IMG/VR virus record: IMGVR_UViG_3300023257_000007
Span: 284,223 to 348,222 of that record
Length of the DNA stretch: 64,000 bases
Direction: 5' to 3' (one strand)
How positions within the stretch are numbered: position 1 is the first letter of the stretch; each line of letters starts with the position of its first letter. The notes beneath the pieces are model-generated. The model did no database searches and was not told the DNA's origin. It saw only the letters and a list, made by a program, of their open reading frames with translations. Positions 1 through 10,202 of this stretch are shown in pieces. Made by a program: the position numbers and the translations under genes.

Positions 1-255
1 TAACAATAATTCGTCTCTTTTATAATCATATTCAGTTTGATATAATTCAACATAAATCTCTCTAATTGCTTCTTTTTTAAAATCAAATTCAACTAATGAA
101 AATTTTTCATAACTCGATCCAGATTCCCATTTTTTGCGTAAAGACTTATAGTTTTTATCTAAAAAACCATCTTTAATTAAGTTTTTAATTAAAATATCAT
201 ACTCTTCTAAAGATGCACAATCAATTCCAATATTTTTCAATTTTGCATAATTCAT
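1..255 (-). CDS. hypothetical protein, partial (runs off window start)
   Basis: ATG at 255 (MNYAKLKNIGIDC...), open to the window edge. Confidence 0.55.
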   Translation of the reverse strand, partial: MNYAKLKNIGIDCASLEEYDILIKNLIKDGFLDKNYKSLRKKWESGSSYEKFSLVEFDFKKEAIREIYVELYQTEYDYKRDELLL

Positions 256-335
256 ACTTTAATATACAAATTATATTCTGAAAATAAAAAATCGTTTAAA
301 TTTTTGAAAAATTATCATTAATATATATTTATTAG

Positions 336-716
336 ATGAAATTTTTAAAAACATATGAAACATATAAAGAACCAATTTGGATGCAAGAAATTTATAAATT
401 GCAAAAGAAATGTGATGATTATTATCATTCAAATTCAAAAGAAATAGATTTAGATCCATTTGCAACAATACCTATTAACATAGAACATAAAGGAATTAAG
501 TATAATTATTTAACAATAACAGAATTTGGTTATTATTTAACAGATGACGATAAATTTTTATCTCTTGATAATGCTAATTCTAATTGGTCAGATTTTTCTT
601 TTAAAGAACATTATGTTAGAGAAAATCCAATATTAATACAAAAATTATTTGATTTAATGAATATTGATTATAATATTATCATAGATATTGAATCTGAAAA
701 ATTAGGTGTTTTGTAA
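336..716 (+). CDS. hypothetical protein with N-terminal leader and C-terminal GL-type tail
   Basis: MKFLKTYETY... ends EKLGVL. Confidence 0.8.
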   Translation: MKFLKTYETYKEPIWMQEIYKLQKKCDDYYHSNSKEIDLDPFATIPINIEHKGIKYNYLTITEFGYYLTDDDKFLSLDNANSNWSDFSFKEHYVRENPILIQKLFDLMNIDYNIIIDIESEKLGVL

Positions 717-731
717 AATGGAGAATTATTA

Positions 732-741
732 TTAATATATA
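732..741 (+). promoter_or_regulatory. putative phage late-promoter motif TTAATATATA (representative copy)
   Basis: Exact intergenic copies oriented toward a start codon 5-44 nt downstream at 732+, 9962-, 11130-, 22216-, 27384+, 29868-, 29912+, 32856-, 33303+, 45844-, 48377+, 51421+, 58669+; analogous to T4 TATAAATA. Confidence 0.6.
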
Positions 742-766
742 TCTGTAAGAAAAATAATATCTTTTA

Positions 767-2152
767 ATGATCAAGAAATACAATGATTTTATTCAACCTA
801 TAAATGAATCAAGAGTTAAAACTTTTGGTTTTCCAAATGAAGTTAATAATGAATTAAGTAAGAATGATATTAAATCTTTGAAAGAAGTAAAATATGGTGG
901 TAAAGGTAAAAAATTATTATCTCAGAAAATTATTAATATTGTTAATAATAAAGAATCTATTGTAATTGAAAATAAAAAGAATAATGAATATCTAATTCTT
1001 ATACCTAAAAGTCAAGGGTTTACAATTTATTATTATAATGGTATTAGAATTCTACCACCACAAACATTAAAAACAAGTCCAGTAAATCAAGATATAACAT
1101 TATTATTTAGTAGAATGTATGAAAAAGAAATCGTACAAATTCCTACACATACAAGCTTTATTAATCAATTCAATCCTAAATATGATCAGTTAAATGTTTA
1201 TGCTACAAAGGATGTAAAGAACATTGAAACATTTGATTATGTTCAAGTAAAGATAGATAAAAATGTTGCAGACAAAGTTAATAGATTGACCAAGGGTATG
1301 GGTTTTGATATAAGAAGCAATCTAAGAGCAAAAATTTCATTCTTAGCTGATCCATTAAAATGGAAAAATAATCCATTAGATCCAAATACATTACTAACGG
1401 TTCAGAATAAAGTTTCATCTATAATATTATTAGATTATTTAGCTGAAATAAAAGATAATTTTGTTCCATCATCAAGTGGATTTTTATTCGAATCATTCAT
1501 AGCAGGCCTTATTGGAGGACACGTAGTTGAAGACAATACCCAAGTTGATATTTACCTACCAGGTAAAGGACCTTATAAATCTAAAAATTATCAATTAAAA
1601 TTATATGATAGGGGTTCAATGTCTAATCTCAATGTTATAAAGAATAACACTACAAGTTTACAAAAAGTAATTAATGGTATGCCTATAAGCCAACAAAATT
1701 TCATATTGATAGGGTTAAAAATAGATGAAAATATAGAAATGTATTTAGTACCTTTTAATGAAGAATTTGAACAATTAATGGAAGATGAAGGATTTTTACC
1801 AAACCAACCTAAATTAACACCTACATTTTTAAGATCATTTAAAACAAAAAAAGCTTTTTCATCAAATATAACTGACAATTTTCAAGAAAGGGGTATTGAA
1901 TATCTTGGTACTTTAAGATTTGGTAATTTTACCAATAAAATAAATAGTGTTAAAAAAGATCTTGGGGATTCTCTTAAAGATGTCTGGGAATCAGTAAAGG
2001 CACTACATGATGAAATTGACACTTTAGTAACTGGTATAAGTGCTAAGAAAAGAAAAATATCAGATAAAACAAGGGTGTTAAAACAATCAAAAAAAGTTGA
2101 TTCTAAAGTTAAAAAATTGTATAAAACAATTATTACAACAGAAGAAGAATAG
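767..2152 (+). CDS. leader-bearing protein with putative PD-(D/E)XK nuclease-like domain
   Basis: Starts MIKKYNDFIQPINE; GFLFESFIAG...VDIY...YQLKLY resembles the E-x-D-x-(Q/E)xK core. Confidence 0.5.
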   Translation: MIKKYNDFIQPINESRVKTFGFPNEVNNELSKNDIKSLKEVKYGGKGKKLLSQKIINIVNNKESIVIENKKNNEYLILIPKSQGFTIYYYNGIRILPPQTLKTSPVNQDITLLFSRMYEKEIVQIPTHTSFINQFNPKYDQLNVYATKDVKNIETFDYVQVKIDKNVADKVNRLTKGMGFDIRSNLRAKISFLADPLKWKNNPLDPNTLLTVQNKVSSIILLDYLAEIKDNFVPSSSGFLFESFIAGLIGGHVVEDNTQVDIYLPGKGPYKSKNYQLKLYDRGSMSNLNVIKNNTTSLQKVINGMPISQQNFILIGLKIDENIEMYLVPFNEEFEQLMEDEGFLPNQPKLTPTFLRSFKTKKAFSSNITDNFQERGIEYLGTLRFGNFTNKINSVKKDLGDSLKDVWESVKALHDEIDTLVTGISAKKRKISDKTRVLKQSKKVDSKVKKLYKTIITTEEE

Positions 2153-2160
2153 GTTCAATT

Positions 2161-2478
2161 TTATATAAACAACCCATAAACTTCTTCATAACATATAACA
2201 TCATACTCTTTTATATATTGTCTAGTCTTTGCAACTAAACCAATACTCTTAATTATAAAAGTGTGCACATAATAATCTAAATTATCAATCTCCTCTTTTT
2301 TAGGATCACCGCCATTATAACCAACCGCATGTTTTACTAAATCAACTAATTCCTCTTCCCACTCTTCCCATGTCAGATCATCTTCTTCATCTTTATCTAT
2401 TCCAAAATACTCAAATACATTATCAGGTACTTCATCAAGATTATTTATTCTTTTTAACTTCTTTTTAAATATATTCAT
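2161..2478 (-). CDS. hypothetical protein
   Basis: 105-aa ORF in a co-oriented run. Confidence 0.7.
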   Translation of the reverse strand: MNIFKKKLKRINNLDEVPDNVFEYFGIDKDEEDDLTWEEWEEELVDLVKHAVGYNGGDPKKEEIDNLDYYVHTFIIKSIGLVAKTRQYIKEYDVICYEEVYGLFI

Positions 2479-2490
2479 AATTTTCTTTAT

Positions 2491-2850
2491 TTACAACCAA
2501 AAGTCATCTAATTCTTCTTTTTCTACAATATATTCTTCTGGAACTTTTGTTATTACTTCTATATTTTTAATATCTACTTGAAGGTTTTCTGAATCTTTTA
2601 ATTTCATGAACTCAGTTAGAAACTCATCTATTGTCAAGGTGGTAAAATCAAAATCAGAATTATGGGGTATGACAACAAACTCAAATATATCACATCTTTC
2701 ATCTGAATGATCTTGATTCCATTCCCAAAGTAAATAATTGAGGGATTCGACGTGTATATTGATAGATTCTTGGGGTTTAGAATTTATTTCAAGTATTCTA
2801 AACTCTTTATTCTTTATCTTTTTATATATTTGATTGAAATAGTTTTTCAT
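2491..2850 (-). CDS. hypothetical protein
   Basis: 119-aa ORF, overlaps the upstream stop. Confidence 0.7.
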   Translation of the reverse strand: MKNYFNQIYKKIKNKEFRILEINSKPQESINIHVESLNYLLWEWNQDHSDERCDIFEFVVIPHNSDFDFTTLTIDEFLTEFMKLKDSENLQVDIKNIEVITKVPEEYIVEKEELDDFWL

Positions 2851-3179
2851 TGTTTTATTCTATCTAATTTTAATTTTCTTTGTTTTCTAATATATTCTTT
2901 ATTAAAACCTTCTTTTGAAATACAATTATATACCCACTCATCCAACTTCTCAATAACATTTTCATCAACATCTTGTCCCTGTACATCTAAATCTGTTAAT
3001 TCAATAATACTATCACCAATATTTTTTATTAATTGTGAATAGTTATAATGGAAATGAAATGTTATTCCTTTTTTCATAAACCACAAATGAACATAATTCG
3101 TAACTTCTGGATGATCATTTAATTCAACTTTTATACAATATTCTTCTGAATATTTTTTACTTAATTCATTTACATTCAT
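2847..3179 (-). CDS. hypothetical protein with basic RKxKL tail
   Basis: Ends RKQRKLKLDRIKQ. Confidence 0.75.
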   Translation of the reverse strand: MNVNELSKKYSEEYCIKVELNDHPEVTNYVHLWFMKKGITFHFHYNYSQLIKNIGDSIIELTDLDVQGQDVDENVIEKLDEWVYNCISKEGFNKEYIRKQRKLKLDRIKQ

Positions 3180-3994
3180 TATTCAAATCTTCTTTCTTTT
3201 TCCATTCTCCTTAAACATTCTAATGGGGTTTCATTATTTTTAATATTATAACCACATCCTAAAGTACCACCTTTCCATGAGCCTGTTCTTTCTCCTACTT
3301 CACTACTAAATTCTATACTTATATCCTTACTAACCTTAGCAAATAACTTAGTCCATTTAAACCATCTTGGTCTCCATTCTCTTTCTTCAACTGTAATTGT
3401 AGCATTAACTTTTTGCACTGTTGTATTACTTTTAATTATAATAGAATCACCTATTTTTTGTTCTGATTTTCTTTTCATAACATATTCATATGGATATGTT
3501 TCTATAAACACTAATTTAGGATCTTTCCATTTATTATCATAAAAAGATTTTCTATCTTTTTTTGTTTCGTGTTCCCATGTGTCATCTCTTAATAATAAAG
3601 ATGTTCTAATCCAATCATATTGCCAAGGCATATCAATTGTTTTCCATTTAGTACCCCCTTCAAAATTCCCTGCACCTCCAATATAAAACCATAAAGTATT
3701 ACCATGATAGTTTATTCCCCATGAGGCACTATCACAATCTTGTATTCCTGTCTTAATAGGTAAATTGATATACATTTTACCATAACCATAAAAAATTAAA
3801 GGCAATAAAAATAATGCATTTAATGTGAATATCAATAATATAGGTATTAACAACATAAAAAATAATTGTGTTGCACTAATTATAATATTAGGTCTTTCAT
3901 CAAAATAACCTGCCTTGTCTAACTGAAAACCAAAATTGAATAACTTGTATATTCTTACCCAGCCTTTATTTTCTGTTAAGTATTTTCTTTTCAT
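3179..3994 (-). CDS. hypothetical Trp-rich protein with one hydrophobic segment
   Basis: 271-aa ORF. Confidence 0.75.
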   Translation of the reverse strand: MKRKYLTENKGWVRIYKLFNFGFQLDKAGYFDERPNIIISATQLFFMLLIPILLIFTLNALFLLPLIFYGYGKMYINLPIKTGIQDCDSASWGINYHGNTLWFYIGGAGNFEGGTKWKTIDMPWQYDWIRTSLLLRDDTWEHETKKDRKSFYDNKWKDPKLVFIETYPYEYVMKRKSEQKIGDSIIIKSNTTVQKVNATITVEEREWRPRWFKWTKLFAKVSKDISIEFSSEVGERTGSWKGGTLGCGYNIKNNETPLECLRRMEKERRFE

Positions 3995-4020
3995 ATATTT
4001 TCTTTTAATATTTTTATCAT

Positions 4021-4710
4021 TTAATATTTCATTTCTTCTATTGCATATGATGGTATAAAATCATATGTGTAAAATGCATCAACACCTGGATATTTTGGAT
4101 CAGTATATAATCTGAGTTGGTTTAATTTTTTCACATTTATTTTCAATATTAACGGTTTAAACGTATAATCTAAATCAATTTTTTCTTCAATGAAATTATC
4201 AATATATTCTAAAGTATCAAAAAAATAAATCCTTTCTGGTTGATTTTCTAATGTATTTTTAGATTTTATAGTTAATCCACTTTTCAATATTTTGTCTTTA
4301 TGTTTTTGATCTGAAACATGATATAATACGGTTTTTATCCCTTTATCTTCAAAATCAAAATTCTTATTGATAATAATAGAAAGTTTATTATTATTAAAAT
4401 AATCTTTTATAGTTAGATTTCCTTTAATGAATTTGTTATCATCTCCTTTATATTTTGATATATAATAACCAGATATATTTAATAATGAATGTAAATCATC
4501 AAAAAATTCTTTTGTTTTAATATTTGTAAAATTTACAATAACACCATTATTGATTGATATATCATATAATATATGATATTTTTTAAACAAATTTTCAATT
4601 TTCTGTTTTAATTTATCATAAGTAAAAGAATATATTAAACCCTCTACTATTAAAGTGTTTGGTATACCTTTTATATGATCATAATTACGATACTCATTAT
4701 AAGTTTTCAT
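4021..4710 (-). CDS. ADP-ribosyltransferase-fold (Tpt1/KptA-like) protein with leader
   Basis: LYHVS...ILKSGL...ERIYF...YTDPKY; paralog of 4774 and 31125. Confidence 0.55.
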   Translation of the reverse strand: MKTYNEYRNYDHIKGIPNTLIVEGLIYSFTYDKLKQKIENLFKKYHILYDISINNGVIVNFTNIKTKEFFDDLHSLLNISGYYISKYKGDDNKFIKGNLTIKDYFNNNKLSIIINKNFDFEDKGIKTVLYHVSDQKHKDKILKSGLTIKSKNTLENQPERIYFFDTLEYIDNFIEEKIDLDYTFKPLILKINVKKLNQLRLYTDPKYPGVDAFYTYDFIPSYAIEEMKY

Positions 4711-4773
4711 TTTTTAATCTATTTTTTTATTTTTCTATTCTCAATTTCAGTGATAGTCCACTTTTTGGGCAAT

Positions 4774-5508
4774 TTAATATAATTCATAATTTCCATTTTC
4801 TTCATCAATTATTGTTATTAAATTTTTAGGTATATTATCAACACAGTAAAATCCTTTATCTTCATAATTTGGATCTTCGAAAATATCAATGTTACTATTA
4901 GTTAAATCAATTTCGTAAATAATCCATTTATCATTAATTTTGGATTTTGATCTTTTTTTATAATTATATTCTAATTTCATTCTTGGTATTAATGAATAAC
5001 AATCATTTACATCTTTACATATATAAATTCTATCTAAATGTTTAGATAATTTTGATTTTGATTTTGGTATAAGTCCTTTATTTATTATCTTTTCTTTATA
5101 TTCTTGAATAGATATGTGATAATATATGTCATTTGCAACTTTTTTATCATATTTAGCTTCATAAGTTATAGAAACTTGTTCTAAATATTCAGCATTTTCA
5201 ATTAAATAATCTTCATTATATGACAATTCATTTTCATTTTCTGATAAATTGACTAAATACATTTTAGATGGGAACCATCCATGTCTATCTATCATCAGAG
5301 AATCTAAATATTCTAAGGTAATTGGTATATTTTTAATAAATCTAAAACCATGTAAGTTAATAGTAATTGTATTATTCTGAGATTGTATTGAAAAATCATA
5401 ATTTAATAAATTAAGTTCACTTTTAACATTTTTAATGGTTGAATTTAATTCATGTGTTTTAAGTGTTTCATTTAAAATATATTCTGAATATGTGTTAATC
5501 TTTTTCAT
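4774..5508 (-). CDS. ADP-ribosyltransferase-fold (Tpt1/KptA-like) protein with leader
   Basis: YYHIS...IINKGLIPK...DRIYI...EDPNY; starts MKKINTYSEYILNE. Confidence 0.55.
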   Translation of the reverse strand: MKKINTYSEYILNETLKTHELNSTIKNVKSELNLLNYDFSIQSQNNTITINLHGFRFIKNIPITLEYLDSLMIDRHGWFPSKMYLVNLSENENELSYNEDYLIENAEYLEQVSITYEAKYDKKVANDIYYHISIQEYKEKIINKGLIPKSKSKLSKHLDRIYICKDVNDCYSLIPRMKLEYNYKKRSKSKINDKWIIYEIDLTNSNIDIFEDPNYEDKGFYCVDNIPKNLITIIDEENGNYELY

Positions 5509-5511
5509 GTT

Positions 5512-5778
5512 TTATAATAATCCTAATTTTATTGAAGATATTTTTGAATCTAAATCTTTATCTAAAAAATAATTGAATTTTTCACTGTTATTTATACTAT
5601 CATAAACACATATCCATGCTTGTTCTTCACTTAGTCCAAACGGGACAGCAATTTCATGAAAACCTACGGTAAAAGATGACCAATCTTCATATATTGGATT
5701 AAATTCAAACCTACTTTTATTAGTATTTTTAATACAATCATACATTTGTTTTAATCTATTATAATTATTCATATTCAT
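5512..5778 (-). CDS. hypothetical protein with GL-type tail
   Basis: Ends SIKLGLL. Confidence 0.7.
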   Translation of the reverse strand: MNMNNYNRLKQMYDCIKNTNKSRFEFNPIYEDWSSFTVGFHEIAVPFGLSEEQAWICVYDSINNSEKFNYFLDKDLDSKISSIKLGLL

Positions 5779-5781
5779 ATC

Positions 5782-6375
5782 TTACCAAATGTATAATCCT
5801 TTATCGTTAATAAAACCATCGCAATAAAGCATTTCTATATTATAATCAGGAAAAACTAATAATAAAAAGTTTTTATATAATTTAATTTTAGATTTTAAAG
5901 TTGTATCACCAATAATATAGTATTTTGGAATATCTATTCTGTTTAAAATGTCACCAATTCTTAATAAAACTTCTCTTGTTTCATCTAATTTGGTTAATTC
6001 CTCATAAGATTCATCATATATAGAATTATCTTTTAACGTAAATGAAATACTCCAAATAAATTCAGAATCTATTTTCATATTATAATTAATCATTGGTATC
6101 AAATCAACCCTATATTCAGTATCAGAATCAGTTTTAAAAAATATTTGATAACCGTGGCCATTATTATAATTTGAGAATTTATCTCCGAAAACATATTTAC
6201 TTATACTAAATTTAGTGTTTGGATACAATTTGTCAAAAGATTCAAAAACTGATTCTCTAAATTTTTTGTAAGTGTAAATTTTCAAAAATTTGTCTAATCT
6301 CTCACTATTATTCTCTTTAATGTAATTATTATAAGTAATATGTGAAACCATTATATTATCAACTTTAATTCCCAT
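5782..6375 (-). CDS. hypothetical protein, paralog family with 9212 and 31817
   Basis: Shared FxTDSxTEYRxDL...SFxLKD...YExLT...YxIG...KxY pattern. Confidence 0.75.
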   Translation of the reverse strand: MGIKVDNIMVSHITYNNYIKENNSERLDKFLKIYTYKKFRESVFESFDKLYPNTKFSISKYVFGDKFSNYNNGHGYQIFFKTDSDTEYRVDLIPMINYNMKIDSEFIWSISFTLKDNSIYDESYEELTKLDETREVLLRIGDILNRIDIPKYYIIGDTTLKSKIKLYKNFLLLVFPDYNIEMLYCDGFINDKGLYIW

Positions 6376-6379
6376 AATT

Positions 6380-6586
6380 CTAAAATTTTAAATCCAATAT
6401 CCATGATGAATCATCTTTTAAGACTTCTAATGAAATTTCAATATATAACTCATTATCATTCATTTGGATTTCGTTTAAATAGTAATCTACATATAAATCA
6501 TCAAGTATTATATATTCTTTATTATTTAAACTACTAAACTCTTCAAATGGATCTAATGGTTCATAAAAAGAATTATAGGTTAACAT
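6380..6586 (-). CDS. hypothetical protein
   Basis: 68 aa, leader-like start MLTYNSFYE. Confidence 0.55.
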   Translation of the reverse strand: MLTYNSFYEPLDPFEEFSSLNNKEYIILDDLYVDYYLNEIQMNDNELYIEISLEVLKDDSSWILDLKF

Positions 6587-6675
6587 TGTTTTTTCACCTG
6601 ATGTTAAATTCTATTATAACTTTCTTTATTTCATTATACTTTTTCATTTTGTTATTTGTTTTTTAATTGTTTATA

Positions 6676-6870
6676 TTAGTAAAGTCCCATTTTATTTGCA
6701 TTATAAAGGTCTGGATTTTCTTTTTTCCACCATTCCCAATAACCATCTAAATTATTATAAGGTAATTGGTTTGTATCACAATATAATGCTTTTAATCCTT
6801 TAGGCAATTCTGGCAACACATTAAATTTATTGTTAATACAATTTAAATCTCGTAAATATTCTAATATCTT
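6676..6870 (-). pseudogene. 3' remnant of an LRR gene (last repeats, cap and tail)
   Basis: Frame reads ...LPELPKGLKALYCDTNQLPYNNLDGYWEWWKKENPDLYNANKMGLY*, near-identical to the end of 47218..47877; in-frame stops upstream and no ATG start. Confidence 0.75.
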
Positions 6871-6919
6871 TTACTATTAATTTTTAATTTTATGTTTTTG
6901 AATAATTTACGTATACACA

Positions 6920-8884
6920 TTATATCTCTTTTATTGTTGAAGGTGTTACATCTACGATATTACCAAATTTATCTTTAATGCGAACCTTAGTTTTAAGTTG
7001 TTTAATAATTTTAACTTCCTTAGTAGTTATCTTCTTACTACGACCAGTATATTCATATACCTCACCAATTTTGAAAAGTTTACTATTTGTGTTGATATTT
7101 GCACCTATAGATTTTTCAATTTTAACAGGTTTTTTATTATAATATTCAGGTATAGATTCGTCTATAAACTTCCATTCTTCGTCTGTTATCTTAAAATGTT
7201 TTATTAGTTTTTCATCAGTCCACTCTTTTGTAAAATCTAACCAAGGAACAGATTCTAATTCTCCACCATGTAAAGTTTGACTAGTTTTAAATAAACTCAA
7301 TGAAAATCTTGCAATTTTAGTCATTAAATAATTTCTGAAATTTTCACTCTCGATTTGAGTATCAAAACCATATTTTAATTTGTATTTTGTGGTTTTCCCT
7401 ATATGTTCAAAAGGTTTTCTAATTTGTAAAAATGTATAATAATCATCCTTGAGAAGTTTTTGATTATCTTTTTCAAAAACGTGACCTCGAATTGGACTAA
7501 AACCAACTTCATATTTTTTATTATTTGTCGTTTTTGTCCCGTTATATATTCTTTTACATCTATCTCCCCAAAGATGACCTTTTTTACAATGTTTTAAAAT
7601 CTTCAACTTAATATTATTAAATATTTCCCCGTTACCATGCATATTTATTTTTCCAATTGAATCTACAAAATATTCTTCATTTTTCATTTTATTTAATACT
7701 TTGATATTTGAAACTTTATCAGCTAAATAAGTTATTGAACATGGATAAAATAGACCAATATTAAAAATAGGATTACCATTAAACAACGTTACTTTATTTA
7801 ATCTCTCATAAACATGATCTCTAGTTTCTTTAAAAATTTTATTTTTACCTTTTTTATCAATTATCCAAATTGAAGGATGAATATATAAAATTTTATCAGA
7901 AATATCATAACTTTTTGTTAAAAATTTTAAATCTATATTTTGTGTATATGGGGGATTACCCACAACAATATCAAATTTCTCAATTCCCCATTCTTTCATT
8001 TTATCATCAAATCCTTTTTCAAGAAAAGATCCGAAATGGTAATTCATGTTATATTTGTGTTCTCTATCAAATAAATTTAAATAAATAAACATATTCTTTG
8101 TACTAATATCACAAACATAAATCATATTCTCCATTATATGTTTATATCTTTTTTCAGCATTACTTTCCCAATCTTTTAAACCTTCCATAAGCCTTTGTAC
8201 TATTACAACCGGGAAATTACCAATTCCATTGCAATTGTCAAGTATCTTAAAATCAGGGTTAGACCATGTTTCCTGTGGAAGTACGTCTAAGACCTCTGAT
8301 ACCAACGATCCGGGCGTAAAAACTTCACCAAATTCTTTCTTCTCAGCCACCGAAATACCAATATAACTATCAATTCTTTCAATTATTTTATTTAGCTCCG
8401 CCACTCTTTTTTCTAAGTCATTTTTGTCAGAATCTAATATCTTATTTAGTTCTGAATCATCCAATAAATTCTTATTTAGGAAATCATTCTTAACACAATG
8501 AATAAAAAAGTCCTCTATTGCTTTAAACTTCTCATTTATATATTGAATTTTAGAATTAGTTTTAAAAATTAAAAAACTATTTACGAAAAGCTCTTTATCC
8601 TCTACGTTATCGAAAATATCCTCAATTCCACCTTTCATATCAATACCTAACAACGAAGAACACATAGATTTTCTCCAAGGTTTATTTTGAATAAAATCTT
8701 CCCAATTCTCTAATAAAAATACAATAGACTCCTTATATTCATCATTGTTTCTCAATGATAAAGAATCGTTAAATTTCTCAATAAGTTTAGGGTATATTTT
8801 ATCATGTGATAACTTTACCTCATATTCATCACAAACATCAAATATATTCTGTATTTTGTTTTCTATTATGTCTTTTCTAATCAT
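6920..8884 (-). CDS. N6-adenine DNA methyltransferase (Eco57I-like, gamma class)
   Basis: GEVFTP, motif I DNCNGIGNF, motif IV GNPPY. Confidence 0.85.
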   Translation of the reverse strand: MIRKDIIENKIQNIFDVCDEYEVKLSHDKIYPKLIEKFNDSLSLRNNDEYKESIVFLLENWEDFIQNKPWRKSMCSSLLGIDMKGGIEDIFDNVEDKELFVNSFLIFKTNSKIQYINEKFKAIEDFFIHCVKNDFLNKNLLDDSELNKILDSDKNDLEKRVAELNKIIERIDSYIGISVAEKKEFGEVFTPGSLVSEVLDVLPQETWSNPDFKILDNCNGIGNFPVVIVQRLMEGLKDWESNAEKRYKHIMENMIYVCDISTKNMFIYLNLFDREHKYNMNYHFGSFLEKGFDDKMKEWGIEKFDIVVGNPPYTQNIDLKFLTKSYDISDKILYIHPSIWIIDKKGKNKIFKETRDHVYERLNKVTLFNGNPIFNIGLFYPCSITYLADKVSNIKVLNKMKNEEYFVDSIGKINMHGNGEIFNNIKLKILKHCKKGHLWGDRCKRIYNGTKTTNNKKYEVGFSPIRGHVFEKDNQKLLKDDYYTFLQIRKPFEHIGKTTKYKLKYGFDTQIESENFRNYLMTKIARFSLSLFKTSQTLHGGELESVPWLDFTKEWTDEKLIKHFKITDEEWKFIDESIPEYYNKKPVKIEKSIGANINTNSKLFKIGEVYEYTGRSKKITTKEVKIIKQLKTKVRIKDKFGNIVDVTPSTIKEI

Positions 8885-9046
8885 TTAATATGATTTTAAG
8901 GGGGGTGAGTAATTATTATTTATCTGTTAGAATTGGTGTTTTCTTTTTATTTTTTTGCCTTTTAACGAATTCTTCATGTTTTTTGTCAAAAATATAACCA
9001 TTTTTTTCGATCTTTTTAATGATATGTTTTTCTGCATCATCTAACA

Positions 9047-9194
9047 TCTTTTGTTTTCTTTCTTCTATCATAGTTTTTATTTTCTTTTTATTATGATTTC
9101 ATCATAAATTTATCCAACAATCTTTTGTTTTCTTTCTTCTATCATAGTTTTTATTTTCTTTTTATTATGATTTCATCATAAATTTATCCAACAA
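9047..9194. repeat. perfect tandem duplication, 2 x 74 bp
   Basis: 9047-9120 equals 9121-9194; includes the start of a small ORF (MIEERKQKMLDD...) paralogous to one near 10000-10168. Confidence 0.9.
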
Positions 9195-9211
9195 TCTCGA
9201 TCAACTCATTA

Positions 9212-9802
9212 TTATTTCATATTTTTAAGATGTAAAAAGCAGTTCTCATCTAACTTTATTTTTTTTATATTTTCATTTTGAATTTTTTCTTTTACTAAAA
9301 AATATGCTGTGCCTTTTTCATCATTTGAATCAGTATAAAAAGAAGAAGGTCCAGTAAGGACGGTAAATTCTTTAAAATGTTTTCTATAATTGTTATAAAA
9401 ATTAATTTTCTTATCACCTAACTCACCTACAGAATAAGTTGTATAATTATGTTTATTTATATAATTAAAAATTATATATACAACTTTACCCATAACTTCT
9501 AAGTATTCTTTTTTGTTAGTTAATTTGTCAAAGTTTTCACCAAAACCTCTCTCACTAATAGAAAAGAATATTGTTGGTATTTTATCTAATTCTGTATATT
9601 CAGATAAATATTTACCATTAGATAATTTCTCATCATCTTCTTCAGTTATCATAAAATAAACACTATATAAATTATTGTTTTTAGAAGTAAATTGTTTTTC
9701 TTCTACTTCTATATCTCGCAATTCCTTATAATTTGTAATATATTCTGTTTCTATTAAATTAAATTCAATTTCTTTTATAAATTCATCATATTTAGTTTTC
9801 AT
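9212..9802 (-). CDS. hypothetical protein with leader, paralog of 5782/31817
   Basis: Starts MKTKYDEFIKE; LTNKKEYLEVMGKV...YSVG...KINFY. Confidence 0.75.
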   Translation of the reverse strand: MKTKYDEFIKEIEFNLIETEYITNYKELRDIEVEEKQFTSKNNNLYSVYFMITEEDDEKLSNGKYLSEYTELDKIPTIFFSISERGFGENFDKLTNKKEYLEVMGKVVYIIFNYINKHNYTTYSVGELGDKKINFYNNYRKHFKEFTVLTGPSSFYTDSNDEKGTAYFLVKEKIQNENIKKIKLDENCFLHLKNMK

Positions 9803-10202
9803 CTATTATTTATTTTTAAATTCCAATTCTTTTCCTTTTAATTCTTGGCTTCGTTTTTTCAAATTTTTCAGAAAACGATTAACACGGGGCAAGGAAAATG
9901 TTTCTCCAATAGATTCTTTACGTTTTGGTATAGTTTTCATAATATTTTATTTCCTTTTCTTTATATATTAATTGATTCTTTAGGTATGTTTTTCATTTTC
10001 ATTTATCTTCTTTTTCTTCTGTAGAATTGTTGTTTGTTTTTAATTTTTCTGCCTTTTAACAAATTCTTCATGCTTTTCATCAAAAATATAACCATCTTTT
10101 TTAATCTTTTCAAGAATATGTTCTTCAACATTATCTAACATTTTTTGTTTTCTTTCTTCTCTTGTCATAATTATGATTTTCTTTTTATTATTATATTTTT
10201 CT

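Noticed and set aside
6676-6790. Template/variable repeat pair of a diversity-generating retroelement with the 47218 3' end
   Set aside because: No reverse transcriptase in the window and the differences are not confined to adenines; it is better explained as a paralog remnant.
9047-9194. 74-bp duplication as a regulatory array or origin
   Set aside because: Only two copies with a short atct junction homology; consistent with slippage or an assembly artefact.
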